Shown: positions 9,351 through 19,282 of the stretch, in pieces
How positions within the stretch are numbered: position 1 is the stretch's first letter
Layout of the letters: every line of letters starts with the position of its first letter
From: Candidatus Aenigmatarchaeota archaeon
GTDB taxonomy: Archaea; Aenigmatarchaeota; Aenigmatarchaeia; GW2011-AR5
Length of the DNA stretch: 64,000 nucleotides
Assembly (NCBI GenBank): GCA_016187335.1
Contig: JACPJW010000001.1
Coordinates: 352,001-416,000, forward strand
Direction: 5' to 3'
Position numbers and translations under genes: made by a program
Notes under the pieces: generated by a model
Database searches by the model: none
Seen by the model: the letters and a program-made list of their open reading frames with translations, nothing else
What the model was told of the DNA's origin: nothing

Positions 9351-10154
9351 ATGGTTTTGGAGTCCATAATCAACCCGAAAAACGCAGAAGACAAGCCGCA
9401 CCACATTTTCATAATCGCGTTTCTCTATACGATTGCGTCAGCAGTTGTTTCGCAGAAAATATTTCCGAACAGCGCCTCGATTCTTACGGTATCATTCGTG
9501 ACGATACTTTTCGTTCCGTTCTTCCAGAAATTGTTTTCAATAGAAGAAGAAAAGGAAAAAGGGGCCTCGGCAAAGACAATTAACCTGTTCGTCCGGCACA
9601 AGGAAATTTTTTATGTTTTCAGCACGTTTTTCCTTGGCGTCGTCGTGGCCATGACGTTCATGTACATTTTCATGCCATCGCAGCAGCTTTTTTCCGCGCA
9701 GTCAGAAACCATCAGGAATTTCGGCACAGGAAAGCTGACAGACAGCGGCGAGTTCTCGCGGTTTTTCCTTAATAACACGCAGGTGATGATTGCGATGTTC
9801 TTCCTCTCCTTTGCCTTCGGAGCGGGCGCGGTGTTTATTTTGGCGTGGAATGCTTCCGTAATAGCCCTGTATCTCGGGCTGTTTATACAGTCGTCTGTCT
9901 CAAAGGGCGTAGGAACGACTGTTGCCTTTATTTACGGCGTTCCGGTAGGCCTGGGCACGCTGGCTCTTCACGGAATTCCAGAAGTGTCCGCGTATTTCAT
10001 CGCAGGACTCGCCGGAGGGCTCTTGTCCGTGGGCATCATCAGGGAAAAAATTCAAAGCAAAGAGTTCCGCCTCATCCTGAAGGATTCGCTGCTGCTCCTG
10101 ATACTAGCGGAATTTTTGATTTCAGTAGGTGCCTACATAGAAGCGGCGGTTTGA
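9351..10154 (+). CDS. Stage II sporulation protein M / DUF95-like membrane protein
   Basis: Multiple TM helices, FFLNN, ILAWNAS, LHGIPEV motifs. Confidence 0.85.
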   Translation: MVLESIINPKNAEDKPHHIFIIAFLYTIASAVVSQKIFPNSASILTVSFVTILFVPFFQKLFSIEEEKEKGASAKTINLFVRHKEIFYVFSTFFLGVVVAMTFMYIFMPSQQLFSAQSETIRNFGTGKLTDSGEFSRFFLNNTQVMIAMFFLSFAFGAGAVFILAWNASVIALYLGLFIQSSVSKGVGTTVAFIYGVPVGLGTLALHGIPEVSAYFIAGLAGGLLSVGIIREKIQSKEFRLILKDSLLLLILAEFLISVGAYIEAAV

Positions 10155-10155
10155 T

Positions 10156-10605
10156 TCATTCTGAAATGTCCGCAATAATTCCGTCCCATATTTCCTTCAA
10201 TTTTTCAGTTTTCAGTTCAATGCCTATTTCTGCTTTGCCGCTGCCGATATTTACGGTTTTGTTTTTGAAGACGCCTTTATCCATGATCTTTTCTGCTTTA
10301 TTTTTAATGCAAAAAGGAGTGACGCCGCCGACGCTGTAACCGGTTATTCTTAAGACCTCGTCGGGTTTAGCGATTCTCAGGTTGTTTTGTTTTGTAATTT
10401 CATTCAGTTTGCTGAGGCTTGCTTTTCTATCGCCAGGCAAAACGGCAATTACAGGATTATCCCCGACAAAAACAAGTGTTTTGAGGACTTGCTGAAGAGG
10501 GCATCCGTAAAGCCTTTCAACATCCCGAGTGGTCTTCGGAATTTCGCTTAAATGAATGATTCTGAATTCTGCATTCATGTTTTTCAGGTATTCTATACTT
10601 TCCAT
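10156..10605 (-). CDS. ybaK: YbaK/ProX aminoacyl-tRNA deacylase
   Basis: VLKTLV, TGYSVGGVTPF, NIGSGK; start placed at MESIEY. Confidence 0.9.
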   Translation of the reverse strand: MESIEYLKNMNAEFRIIHLSEIPKTTRDVERLYGCPLQQVLKTLVFVGDNPVIAVLPGDRKASLSKLNEITKQNNLRIAKPDEVLRITGYSVGGVTPFCIKNKAEKIMDKGVFKNKTVNIGSGKAEIGIELKTEKLKEIWDGIIADISE

Positions 10606-10609
10606 TTTA

Positions 10610-11875
10610 TCATCTTTTCCTTCCGGCCCTTCTGTATATTTTAACAAGTTCCATAGCACGGGAAACGGAAATATTGCTTTCCTGTATCATCCTTGAAGCT
10701 ATTTCATACACGTTGTTTCCAGCGGCTCCCGCCATTATTGCGATATTTTTTGCATGCAGTTTCATATGGCCTTTCTGTATGCCTTCCTTTATCATTGCCC
10801 GGAGAGCGGCGAAGTTGTTTGCCAGACCCGTGCATGCAGCTATTTCCGCGAGTTCCTTTGATGATTTGACGCCGAGTATTTTCAGCGATATGCGCGCTAT
10901 GGGGTTGGTTTTTGTCGCGCCGCCAACAAGCCCCACGGCCAGCGGAAGCTCTATGCTGCCGACAAGGTTTCCTTTCTTGTCCTTCTCGTATTTTGTCAGG
11001 GGTTTGTAGCCATTAAGGGCAGCGTAGGCGTGGGCACCTGCTTCAGCCGCGCGGAAATCGTTGCCTGTAGCTACAAGCACTGCGTCTATGCCGTTCATAA
11101 CCCCCTTGTTGTTCGTGGCGCACCTGAACGGGTCATTTAGTGCAAAGTGATAAGCGTCAAGAATCCCCTCGATGACATCCTCGCCCAGATCTTCCTTCCT
11201 CCATACAGCAGTTGCCCTGGCTTTTCTGTAAACAGCCAGGTTGGAAATTATCCTGAGTCTCGCTCTGGCACCCGTTATTTCTTCCAGATACGGCGACAAG
11301 GTTTCGCATATCGTATTTACGCTGTTTGCTCCCATCGCGTCCCTTACGTCAACAAGAACGTGGACTATAGCCATGACGCCCCTTTCAGTTTCAACCTTCC
11401 GTACTTCTATGTCTTTGGCGCCGCCGCCTAATGTAAGCATCACAGAGTCTTTGTTGTTGGCTGCCTTGAGTATATAATCCCGTTTGGACATTATAATGTC
11501 CTTGACCTTTTCAAAATCCCTGACGCCGACAAGCTGTATCTGGCCTATCATAACGGGGTCGTCGCTTTCAGCTTTGAAACCTGAAGGCAATGCCAGCTTT
11601 GCGGCGTGTGATGCCGCAGCGACAACAGAAGGCTCCTCTGTGCACATGGGAATTAAATAGTCCCTGCCGTTCACGCGGAAATTAACGGCTATACCCATGG
11701 GAGTGTGCATGACGCCTATGACGTTTTCAATCATTATGTCTGCTATCTCGATATCCAGCGACCCGGAATTTACCAGGTCGTTCACTTCCCTTGTACTCAG
11801 GCCCGTGGCTTTTTTCAGGATAGCCAGACGTTCATTTAAGCCCAGTTTGTGGAATCCGGAAAAATCAGTCTTCAC
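10610..11875 (-). CDS. mvaA: HMG-CoA reductase, class II
   Basis: ENVIG, TEEPSVVAA, DAMGAN, NKGVMNG, GIQKGHMKLHA. Confidence 0.96.
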   Translation of the reverse strand: MKTDFSGFHKLGLNERLAILKKATGLSTREVNDLVNSGSLDIEIADIMIENVIGVMHTPMGIAVNFRVNGRDYLIPMCTEEPSVVAAASHAAKLALPSGFKAESDDPVMIGQIQLVGVRDFEKVKDIIMSKRDYILKAANNKDSVMLTLGGGAKDIEVRKVETERGVMAIVHVLVDVRDAMGANSVNTICETLSPYLEEITGARARLRIISNLAVYRKARATAVWRKEDLGEDVIEGILDAYHFALNDPFRCATNNKGVMNGIDAVLVATGNDFRAAEAGAHAYAALNGYKPLTKYEKDKKGNLVGSIELPLAVGLVGGATKTNPIARISLKILGVKSSKELAEIAACTGLANNFAALRAMIKEGIQKGHMKLHAKNIAIMAGAAGNNVYEIASRMIQESNISVSRAMELVKIYRRAGRKR

Positions 11876-11926
11876 GAAAACACCAAAAGCAAAAACAATT
11901 TTGCAGATAACTTTTAAAAACGAATT

Positions 11927-12307
11927 CTACGTAAAAATTCTTTCTATTGCAACGCCCCTTTCTTCTACGAACTTCTTGCCGACGTTCCCATTGTTCCCCA
12001 TGACATCGGCAAGCGCAAGGAAAGACCAGCCTTTGCGGGAAATTTTGCAGCCTATGTAGGCCTTCGCAGAAGCCTTGTCCTCCCATTCCTTCAGTTCCTG
12101 CAGCTGCTCCGCAGCTATTTTGAACCCCTTGGCGCGCGACTTGCATTCTATGACGATAAGGCGGCCGTTTTTCGCAGCTATTACGTCAGGAGAAGCCAGA
12201 TTAATCCGGCCGCTTCTTGGAGTCCTCACGACCATGTAGCCCATCTTGGACAGCGTATGAACCAGGCTCCGCTCTGCGCGGTAACCTTTCTCGTAGCTTC
12301 TTATCAT
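11927..12307 (-). CDS. hjc: Holliday junction resolvase Hjc
   Basis: KGYRAERSL..VVRTPRSG..SPDVIA..IECKS; start placed at MIRSYEK. Confidence 0.92.
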   Translation of the reverse strand: MIRSYEKGYRAERSLVHTLSKMGYMVVRTPRSGRINLASPDVIAAKNGRLIVIECKSRAKGFKIAAEQLQELKEWEDKASAKAYIGCKISRKGWSFLALADVMGNNGNVGKKFVEERGVAIERIFT

Positions 12308-12383
12308 ATGCTTAATTTCGTCCAGAACTATAAATGCTTTGGCACTCAAAATAACCATAGATGCAGAGGAAGAAGGCGTTTTT

Positions 12384-12908
12384 ATGAAATACAATGTCCT
12401 TGCCGGCGAAGTGATGAAGAAGGATGTCAAGTCAGTTGACATAAACGACACGGTTGAGAAAGCGGCGCGGATGATGAAGGAAAACAGGATAGGCTCCGTC
12501 GTTGTAATGGGAGAGAAGCACGTGAAGGGCATTGTGACGGCCAGGGATATCGTTCACAAATATGTCGCCGATAAAAAGGGCGACACGGTCAAGGATATTA
12601 TGACCACGGACCTTGTGAAAATACCGCCGGGCATGACAATAGAGGAGGCGTCGCGCCTGATGGTTTCCAAGGGCATTGAAAAGCTGCTTGTTTTTGACAA
12701 GGAACGGTTCCTGGGTATCATAACGTCTTCAGACATTTTAAAAATAGAGCCTGCGCTGGTTGAAATTCTTCTTGAAAGGATGAAGGCCGGAGGCAGGCAG
12801 AGCAAAGAAGAGGAAGTCGGCCTCATCGAGTGCGAGAACTGCGGCAACTACACCGACGACGCGGAAGAGGTTGACGGCGTATACATGTGCAGCGAGTGCA
12901 GGGAATGA
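12384..12908 (+). CDS. CBS-pair protein with C-terminal Zn ribbon
   Basis: Two CBS repeats (GIVTARD, GIITSSD) then CENC..CSEC. Confidence 0.88.
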   Translation: MKYNVLAGEVMKKDVKSVDINDTVEKAARMMKENRIGSVVVMGEKHVKGIVTARDIVHKYVADKKGDTVKDIMTTDLVKIPPGMTIEEASRLMVSKGIEKLLVFDKERFLGIITSSDILKIEPALVEILLERMKAGGRQSKEEEVGLIECENCGNYTDDAEEVDGVYMCSECRE

Positions 12909-13008
12909 TTAACAGGATTACAAAAATAAAAGTTAAAATGCCAACCTATGGCTTCAAAGCCCGCTACAAGTTCATAAGATGCCCTGAATGTAACGAGGTG
13001 CAGAAGTA

Positions 13009-13677
13009 ATGATAGAGTGGATTATTTTTGGGATTATCTTACTTATACTTGGTTTCTTTATAGGAAAATATATCACAGAACAGCAGAAATGGGCAACAAA
13101 AAAAGCTCAGTTAGAACAGAAACATCAGATGGAAACATCAGAATTGCAAAAAAATATGCTGTCACAAGAAAAACGTTTTACAGAACAGATGAAAGATTTG
13201 CAATTACAACATCAAAACTATATAACTGATTTGGATAACAGATATGTTGCTTTGATAAGACAATTTAGAAAGGATGCTGTTTTGAGGTCAAGAAATACAC
13301 TAATGGGAAAACTATGGGAGCATGTGGCACCATATCTGCCAAAATTCAAATACCATCCATCTGATATGAAGTTTATTGGTTCTCCTATAGATTACATAAT
13401 TTTTGATGGCATGAATGAAAAAGACATAAAGCGAGTTATTTTTCTTGAGGTAAAATCAGCTAATAGTAAACTAAATGCACAAGAAAAGAAGCTTAGAGAT
13501 GCGATAATTAACAAAAGGGTCAAATGGGAAGAGTTTAGAATTGAAGATATAACATCTACAAGCGTTATAGAAAATAAGGACTTCGACAAACAGATGCAGA
13601 TACAACTTGATACAATTAAAAAACAGATGGAAGAAACGGATGATGAAGAAAGGTATAATGAGGTGCAGAAAACATGA
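13009..13677 (+). CDS. Membrane-anchored Holliday-junction-resolvase-like PD-(D/E)xK endonuclease
   Basis: N-terminal TM, coiled coil, APYLPKF..FIGSPIDYIIFDG..FLEVKS. Confidence 0.85.
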   Translation: MIEWIIFGIILLILGFFIGKYITEQQKWATKKAQLEQKHQMETSELQKNMLSQEKRFTEQMKDLQLQHQNYITDLDNRYVALIRQFRKDAVLRSRNTLMGKLWEHVAPYLPKFKYHPSDMKFIGSPIDYIIFDGMNEKDIKRVIFLEVKSANSKLNAQEKKLRDAIINKRVKWEEFRIEDITSTSVIENKDFDKQMQIQLDTIKKQMEETDDEERYNEVQKT

Positions 13678-13922
13678 AGGAAATGAGCATGGAAAAGGCA
13701 ATAGTTCAAGTGTTTATGGATAGCCCAACTAAGATATTTGCTGTTCAAGAAATTTATAGCGGTTTTCAAAAATATTATGAATTACGTGATTTTCAAAAAC
13801 AAAAAGACTCCTCAGGACAACTACGCTTTCATAATGCAGTAAGAAGTATTTTAGCCAGACTTGAGAAATCTGGAAAAGTAACTTATTTAGGAGACGATAT
13901 GAGGAAATTAGGTAAAAAATGA
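13674..13922 (+). CDS. Small putative winged-helix protein (Mrr N-terminal-like)
   Basis: VQEIYSGF..LRFHNAVRSILARLEKSG pattern; ATGA overlap with the upstream gene. Confidence 0.55.
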   Translation: MKEMSMEKAIVQVFMDSPTKIFAVQEIYSGFQKYYELRDFQKQKDSSGQLRFHNAVRSILARLEKSGKVTYLGDDMRKLGKK

Positions 13923-13931
13923 GGTGATTTT

Positions 13932-14120
13932 ATGGCGACCAACAAGAATAAGCGTTCAAAACCGAAGCCGAGACATATAGACCTTTTCGGGACTCAATTT
14001 CTCATGCCAAAAGGGCAACGGAAAAAGTTGAATAAACAACGCCCTGAATTGAAGAATAAGCGACTAAATGCTTCGCATTTGACGAAATTAACTGAATCCC
14101 AGAAAAACCAAGAAGAATAA
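13932..14120 (+). CDS. Small basic hypothetical protein
   Basis: GAGGTGA RBS, 62 aa K/R-rich ORF. Confidence 0.5.
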   Translation: MATNKNKRSKPKPRHIDLFGTQFLMPKGQRKKLNKQRPELKNKRLNASHLTKLTESQKNQEE

Positions 14121-14258
14121 ACTGCCTTTGCATTTTTTCAACAGAAACCCGAATATTTCAACAAAGCCTTTGGAAGATAATCTTTTTATTCCGCCCTTAC
14201 CAAAGCATTTTAGCAGTTCCTGATGCTGTGGAGGTATCGGAAGTGAGTTGTTCTGATT

Positions 14259-14693
14259 ATGGAAATCGAAGACACTGTTTTTTCAAAGGCGGCACTGATA
14301 AACACGCCTGACCCCTACACCCTTTCCCTGAGCATCCTGGAAAAGGCCATGTCGCTTGGCGATGTCGTTGAAAAGAAAAATATTTTCGAAACGGACGGGC
14401 CCATGAAAAAATTCATCACCGAATTTGACGTGATAAAGCATTATGATGATTACTCGCAGTCTAGGATAATGATAAGCATGAACGGCGAAAGCAACTCCAG
14501 GAGCTTCCTGGAAATAGGCATGAACGGCGTCACAAGGACAAAAATAGAAGAGGAAGGGTTCTTTTCATCGGTTTTCACGGAGTTTTATCTTGAGGGCATT
14601 TACCAGGATGTAACCAGGCGCGCCCGGGAAGAGGTCATAAAATCCGGCAAAGAGCTTGAAAAAAGCGTGGAACTGGCGTCCAAAGCAAAATAA
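14259..14693 (+). CDS. Hypothetical protein
   Basis: 144 aa ORF with host-like codon usage. Confidence 0.7.
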   Translation: MEIEDTVFSKAALINTPDPYTLSLSILEKAMSLGDVVEKKNIFETDGPMKKFITEFDVIKHYDDYSQSRIMISMNGESNSRSFLEIGMNGVTRTKIEEEGFFSSVFTEFYLEGIYQDVTRRAREEVIKSGKELEKSVELASKAK

Positions 14694-14869
14694 AGCGGTT
14701 TCTAAAGGCGCTTAAAGGTTTCTGGCAATACTTTTAGTCACAGGGTCAGAAAAGGTATGGTCAGGCTTTCACAAACATCAAAGATCAAATCATATTTATC
14801 TAGTAATTTATCTGTTAAATTGAGAGTCAGCCTCTTTTTCTGAGCCCTTGAAAAATCGGGGTGGTAATC

Positions 14870-16039
14870 ATGGCCAAACTGGCCCAGAACTTTGCGAAGT
14901 ACTTAATCCATGCCAGGCTTCATGCCAAGGGCATTGTGGAAAAGCCAGACATAATCGGCGCGATTTTCGGGCAGACAGAAGGCCTTTTGGGAGCGGACAT
15001 GGACCTGCGCGAGCTGCAGAGAACCGGGCGGATAGGGCGGATTGAGGTGGATGTCAATAACAGCAAAGGCAAGTCTTACGCCGACATTTACATTCCTTCT
15101 TCTTTAGATGCTTCTGAGACATCGCTCATTGCGGCGTCAATGGAAACTATTGACAAAGTGGGTCCCTGCGATGCCGAGATAGAGATAGCAAAGGTTAATG
15201 ACGTAAGAACGCAGAAAAGAAAGTACGTTATCGAGAGGGCAAAAGAAATTTTAAAGGGAATGATGGACGAAGGCATGCCCGATACGCAAAAATTGTCCGA
15301 GATGATAAAGGAGTCCGTCCGTTCCTGGGAACTCTCGTCCTATTACGGGCTTCCCAGCGGCCCTGACATTCTGGAATCGGATGAAATAATCATTGTCGAG
15401 GGACGCGCCGACGTGATAAACCTCCTGAAAAACGGAATAAGAAATGTTATGGCAATCGAGGGCTCAAAAATACCGGACCCGGTGATAGACATAACGAAGC
15501 AGAAAACAATCATAGCTTTTCTGGACGGGGACCGGGGCGGCGATCTGGATTTGAAAAAACTGCTGCTGGTCGCCGACATAGATTACGTAGCCCGCGCAGA
15601 AGAAGGCAAGGAGGTTGAGGAGCTCACGAAGAAAGAAATATTCAAGGCGCTCAGGGAAAAAACCCCGGTTTATTCAGAGGCAGTTTTAACGAAAGAAGCC
15701 GCCGCCACTGACGAAGGCGTCATTGAGGAAATCAGCAGGGACGCGAAACAGCACTTTGGCAGCCTGCTGGAAGAGCTGACAGGCTCCAGGGCGGCTTACA
15801 TAGTTGACAAAAGCATGAAGGTGCTTGCAAAAATACCCCTCAGCGAGATTTCTGCCGTCATTGACGACTACAGGAATGTTTACGCGATAGTTTTTGACGG
15901 GAAAATAAGCCAGGACATAATTGAGATGTCGCTGCAGAAAAATATACCTTATCTGGTTGCCACGGACTACAAGGAAAAAATAACAGTGCCCGAGAGCATG
16001 ACGGTCATAACGCAGAAAGATTTGGAGCAGCAGGTTTGA
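14870..16039 (+). CDS. dnaG: Archaeal DnaG-like TOPRIM protein (exosome-associated)
   Basis: GIVEKPDIIGAIFGQTEGLLG, ELQRTGRIGRI, IVEGRADV, DGDRGG. Confidence 0.96.
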   Translation: MAKLAQNFAKYLIHARLHAKGIVEKPDIIGAIFGQTEGLLGADMDLRELQRTGRIGRIEVDVNNSKGKSYADIYIPSSLDASETSLIAASMETIDKVGPCDAEIEIAKVNDVRTQKRKYVIERAKEILKGMMDEGMPDTQKLSEMIKESVRSWELSSYYGLPSGPDILESDEIIIVEGRADVINLLKNGIRNVMAIEGSKIPDPVIDITKQKTIIAFLDGDRGGDLDLKKLLLVADIDYVARAEEGKEVEELTKKEIFKALREKTPVYSEAVLTKEAAATDEGVIEEISRDAKQHFGSLLEELTGSRAAYIVDKSMKVLAKIPLSEISAVIDDYRNVYAIVFDGKISQDIIEMSLQKNIPYLVATDYKEKITVPESMTVITQKDLEQQV

Positions 16040-16042
16040 TGC

Positions 16043-17011
16043 ATGTCGGAAATCAGGAAACGCCTTAAAAAGCTTGACGAGCTTGAAGGGAAAGTGGACT
16101 CAGTGCTTGTTATAAACAGGGAAAGAGACCCTAATTTTTTCTACCTGACGGGCCTGGACATAACAGGGGCGTTTTATTACGATTTCTCAGAGACGGTCAT
16201 ATTGACAAGCGAGATGGAAGCGGGACGCGCGCGGAAGAGCGGGGCGAAAAATGTCGTTGTCGTGAAAAAATTCGGGGAATTTCTGGGCAAGGGGCGCACG
16301 AGGAAAATAGGCATAGACGCGAAGGGCATTTCATTGTCAGCGTACAGGAGGCTGAAAATCCGCGGCATTGATATATCAGCTTATTTGTCAAAAATGCGCG
16401 CCGTCAAAAGCAGAGGCGAAATAAAAAACATAAAGGAAGCGTGCAAAATTGCTGCAAGAATCATGGAAAAAGCCGTCGGTGAAATCAGCCCGAAAATCAC
16501 TGAATGGGAGCTTAAGTCAGTGATAGAATGCGGAATGCTGAAAAAAGGCGTGGAGCCTTCGTTCCCGACGATAGTGGAAACCGCTGAAAACATATCGCCG
16601 CACCATGCACCCGGAAACAGAAAGCTGAAAGAGCCCGTCCTGATAGATTTAGGCGTGCGGTACAATGGCTATTGCTCTGACATAACAAGAACGGTGGGCA
16701 GCAGTTTTGAAAATATCATAGAAAAGGTCTTTGCCGAGGTTGAAGAAGAACTGAAGCCCGGGGCAGCTGCTGCAGATATCGACAAAAAAGCGCGGCAGGT
16801 TATGGGAAAATATTCCAGGCATTTCCTGCACAGCCTGGGCCACGGCATAGGCATAGAAGTTCACGAAAATCCCTCCCTGTCAAAGGCAAGCAATGACGTA
16901 ATGAAGGCTGGCATGACGTTTACCATAGAACCGGGCATCTACATCAAAGGCGGCATGAGGCATGAAGAGGATTATATTCTCACCGAAAGAGGAGCGGTAA
17001 AGCTGACATAG
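16043..17011 (+). CDS. Xaa-Pro peptidase (M24)
   Basis: IDLG..GYCSDITRT, HSLGHGIGIEVHE, TIEPGIY, RHEED. Confidence 0.93.
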   Translation: MSEIRKRLKKLDELEGKVDSVLVINRERDPNFFYLTGLDITGAFYYDFSETVILTSEMEAGRARKSGAKNVVVVKKFGEFLGKGRTRKIGIDAKGISLSAYRRLKIRGIDISAYLSKMRAVKSRGEIKNIKEACKIAARIMEKAVGEISPKITEWELKSVIECGMLKKGVEPSFPTIVETAENISPHHAPGNRKLKEPVLIDLGVRYNGYCSDITRTVGSSFENIIEKVFAEVEEELKPGAAAADIDKKARQVMGKYSRHFLHSLGHGIGIEVHENPSLSKASNDVMKAGMTFTIEPGIYIKGGMRHEEDYILTERGAVKLT

Positions 17012-17116
17012 TCCAGATTACGGGATAAGCCACGCGGTTCCATTTTGATAAAGAAAATAGAAAGAGATGCGTAGTAGAGAAGAGAAAGTCACGGAGCAGC
17101 TTAATCATTTCCCTTC

Positions 17117-17263
17117 TCAGTCGTCAAGCAGTTCGGGCCTTATTTTTGCAGCTTTCTTGACGTACACCACATCGCCGCATTTTCCGCATTGAATTTCCAG
17201 GAATTTTATCGTTTCCATCCTGACGTTCATTTCTTTGCCGCAACATTGCGGTAAATCGTTCAT
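17117..17263 (-). CDS. Small Zn-ribbon protein (48 aa)
   Basis: GAGGTGAT RBS; MNDLPQCCGKEM..IQCGKCG..LLDD; below the ORF-track cutoff. Confidence 0.75.
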   Translation of the reverse strand: MNDLPQCCGKEMNVRMETIKFLEIQCGKCGDVVYVKKAAKIRPELLDD

Positions 17264-17522
17264 TATAATCACCTCTAAGCTTTTGCATATACCAAACAGA
17301 AGAAATAAAATTCAGGTCATCTTTCAGAAGAAGAAAAGAATCATCCCTTATCAGCGCTTCATTGTAGATGTAAAGCTAATCAAATTGGTTCTGACGTTAT
17401 ACCAGTGCTGATTAGGGCTCATAGAGCATACGACCTGTTAGACTACTTTATCCTAATTATCCTAAGGAGGGAAAGAATATAAATGCTTTTTGGTGCTGGC
17501 GGAGTGGGAAATCAGAAGAATT

Positions 17523-18041
17523 TTAGCTTATGAAAACTGTCTGCTCCCCTTTACCGTGAAGCGACCATGTTGATCCGTCTTCATCAACGGTGTAGATATG
17601 AGGCACGGATCTAGAACCATGGTAAGAAACATCTCTTATCTGATGCCTATAAGGGAATAGTGCTCTAGGAGAGACTATTGATAAATTCGCTTCCGGAAAA
17701 CGGGCTTGGCCAACCCTTCGTAAATTAAGAACACCCCAGTATAGGTCCCCTTGTTTGATAAACCAAAATTCTCCTTCTGCAGCAGCATGGCTTAGTGGGT
17801 TACTAAGCCACAAAGTTCCCCTGCCACTTTTTTCCATTTCGCGGTATTTTTCAGATGACCCAAGTCCTTCTTCCAGAACATCAACACCATAAACGTTCCA
17901 CCCCATCATTTTTTGCACTCTTTCAACTGGATAATAAGACACATTATCTAAATCTATTACAGCAAAATTTCCAGAAGTTTTTGATTTCCTAAGAATTCTA
18001 TCGGAGGTTTCAGTCACTGATTCTTGTCTGTCTATAGACAT
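17523..18041 (-). CDS. Orphan hypothetical protein
   Basis: 172 aa, AT-richer, own TATA-like box upstream. Confidence 0.6.
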   Translation of the reverse strand: MSIDRQESVTETSDRILRKSKTSGNFAVIDLDNVSYYPVERVQKMMGWNVYGVDVLEEGLGSSEKYREMEKSGRGTLWLSNPLSHAAAEGEFWFIKQGDLYWGVLNLRRVGQARFPEANLSIVSPRALFPYRHQIRDVSYHGSRSVPHIYTVDEDGSTWSLHGKGEQTVFIS

Positions 18042-18085
18042 GATTAAAGAATTGTTATAATCTTTAAATGTTTGTTTTCCGCAGG

Positions 18086-19249
18086 TTAATTCACAGCAAC
18101 CTTCCCGTTCTCCAGCAGTGCCGCGGAGCGGCCGTTAGCATAAGTCACTTCCACATTCACGCCCTTGTGCGTTATGAAGTCCCAGTGCAGCGCCGACGAG
18201 TTTGCGCCGCCGTAAGCCTTGTCCTTGTTCATGCCTATTGCAACATGGATTGTGCCGCCGATTTTCTCGTCCGTGAGCAGGTAGCCGATTATCCTGTCTA
18301 TGAGCGGGTTAAGGCCGATTCCAAGTTCAGCAAAATGCGTAGTCCTGATTTCCTTCTCGTTTTTCTTGTCAATAGCGATGAAATGCTTTATCGTGTTCTT
18401 CAGCAGCGCCTCGTTTTTTTCCGCGGTTGTTTTTTGTAAATTCAATTTTCCTTTTTCAAAAACTAAGCGGATATTCTCAATCATCTTCCCGGTAAGCACG
18501 TCCGTGCGCTTCGGAGAAACAAGGATGCCGCCGCCCTCAGTTTCCAGCGCCGTCGTGAAAACCTCGCCGTCAGGCAAATTCAGGCCTATGTCCTTCTGTC
18601 TTATGTCGTCATCATCTATCAAGCCGTCAGCAATCTTTATTTTCCTGTTCGCCATCCTCAGGGTAAGGTTCGTTCCGTATTCGTCTGTTATGTGGACAAA
18701 TTTAGCGCCTGCAAGGGTCTTTTTTATTATTTTTGCAGGCTCGTAAAGTTTTTTTGGCTCAATCAGCATCCCGTCAAAAATAAATTTTTTCAGCAAATTA
18801 AAGCTAATCCCGAGCTTTGCCGCCATCTCCTCTGTGGCGAAGCCCGCATAGCACCACTTTATTTCGTACCCGTCCATTTTTTTGCGGATAGGTCTGTTGC
18901 CCTGTATGACTGCGGCGATTTTGTGCTGCGGTATGTTTTCCATTATCCTGGGGTCCTTCGGGCTTTCGATGCGCAGGGTGTTGTCCAGTGCCTCAACCAT
19001 TTTCATGCCCAGCTTTGATGTCCTGCCGAGGTATTTTTCAGGCACGTGCTCGTATACGGCTTTTGTATAGTCATCGCTGGTTGTTGTAAATGAAGGCTGG
19101 ACCCCTGCCTTCATAGCTTCTATAGCAATGTTCTCTACAAGATCATGTGTATGCAGGCCGGCAGATATGCGCAGCGTTTCGTCTTCCTTCATGTTCATCG
19201 ATTCAACTATCCGCTTCGCCAGCCTTTTTCTCAGCGGTTTTGAAAGCAT
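18086..19249 (-). CDS. Aminopeptidase, M29 family
   Basis: NLPDGEVFT, AELGIGLN, TDEKIGGTIHVAIG, SALHWD. Confidence 0.92.
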   Translation of the reverse strand: MLSKPLRKRLAKRIVESMNMKEDETLRISAGLHTHDLVENIAIEAMKAGVQPSFTTTSDDYTKAVYEHVPEKYLGRTSKLGMKMVEALDNTLRIESPKDPRIMENIPQHKIAAVIQGNRPIRKKMDGYEIKWCYAGFATEEMAAKLGISFNLLKKFIFDGMLIEPKKLYEPAKIIKKTLAGAKFVHITDEYGTNLTLRMANRKIKIADGLIDDDDIRQKDIGLNLPDGEVFTTALETEGGGILVSPKRTDVLTGKMIENIRLVFEKGKLNLQKTTAEKNEALLKNTIKHFIAIDKKNEKEIRTTHFAELGIGLNPLIDRIIGYLLTDEKIGGTIHVAIGMNKDKAYGGANSSALHWDFITHKGVNVEVTYANGRSAALLENGKVAVN

Positions 19250-19282
19250 GCTTTTTAATTATCGTTCTAGAATATTAAGGTT

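Noticed and set aside
14215-14257. Possible C/D box sRNA
   Set aside because: Box C is degenerate and the spacing is unconvincing.
17280-17520. Protein-like fragments in the intergenic region
   Set aside because: No start or RBS, frames broken on both strands, no recognisable family.
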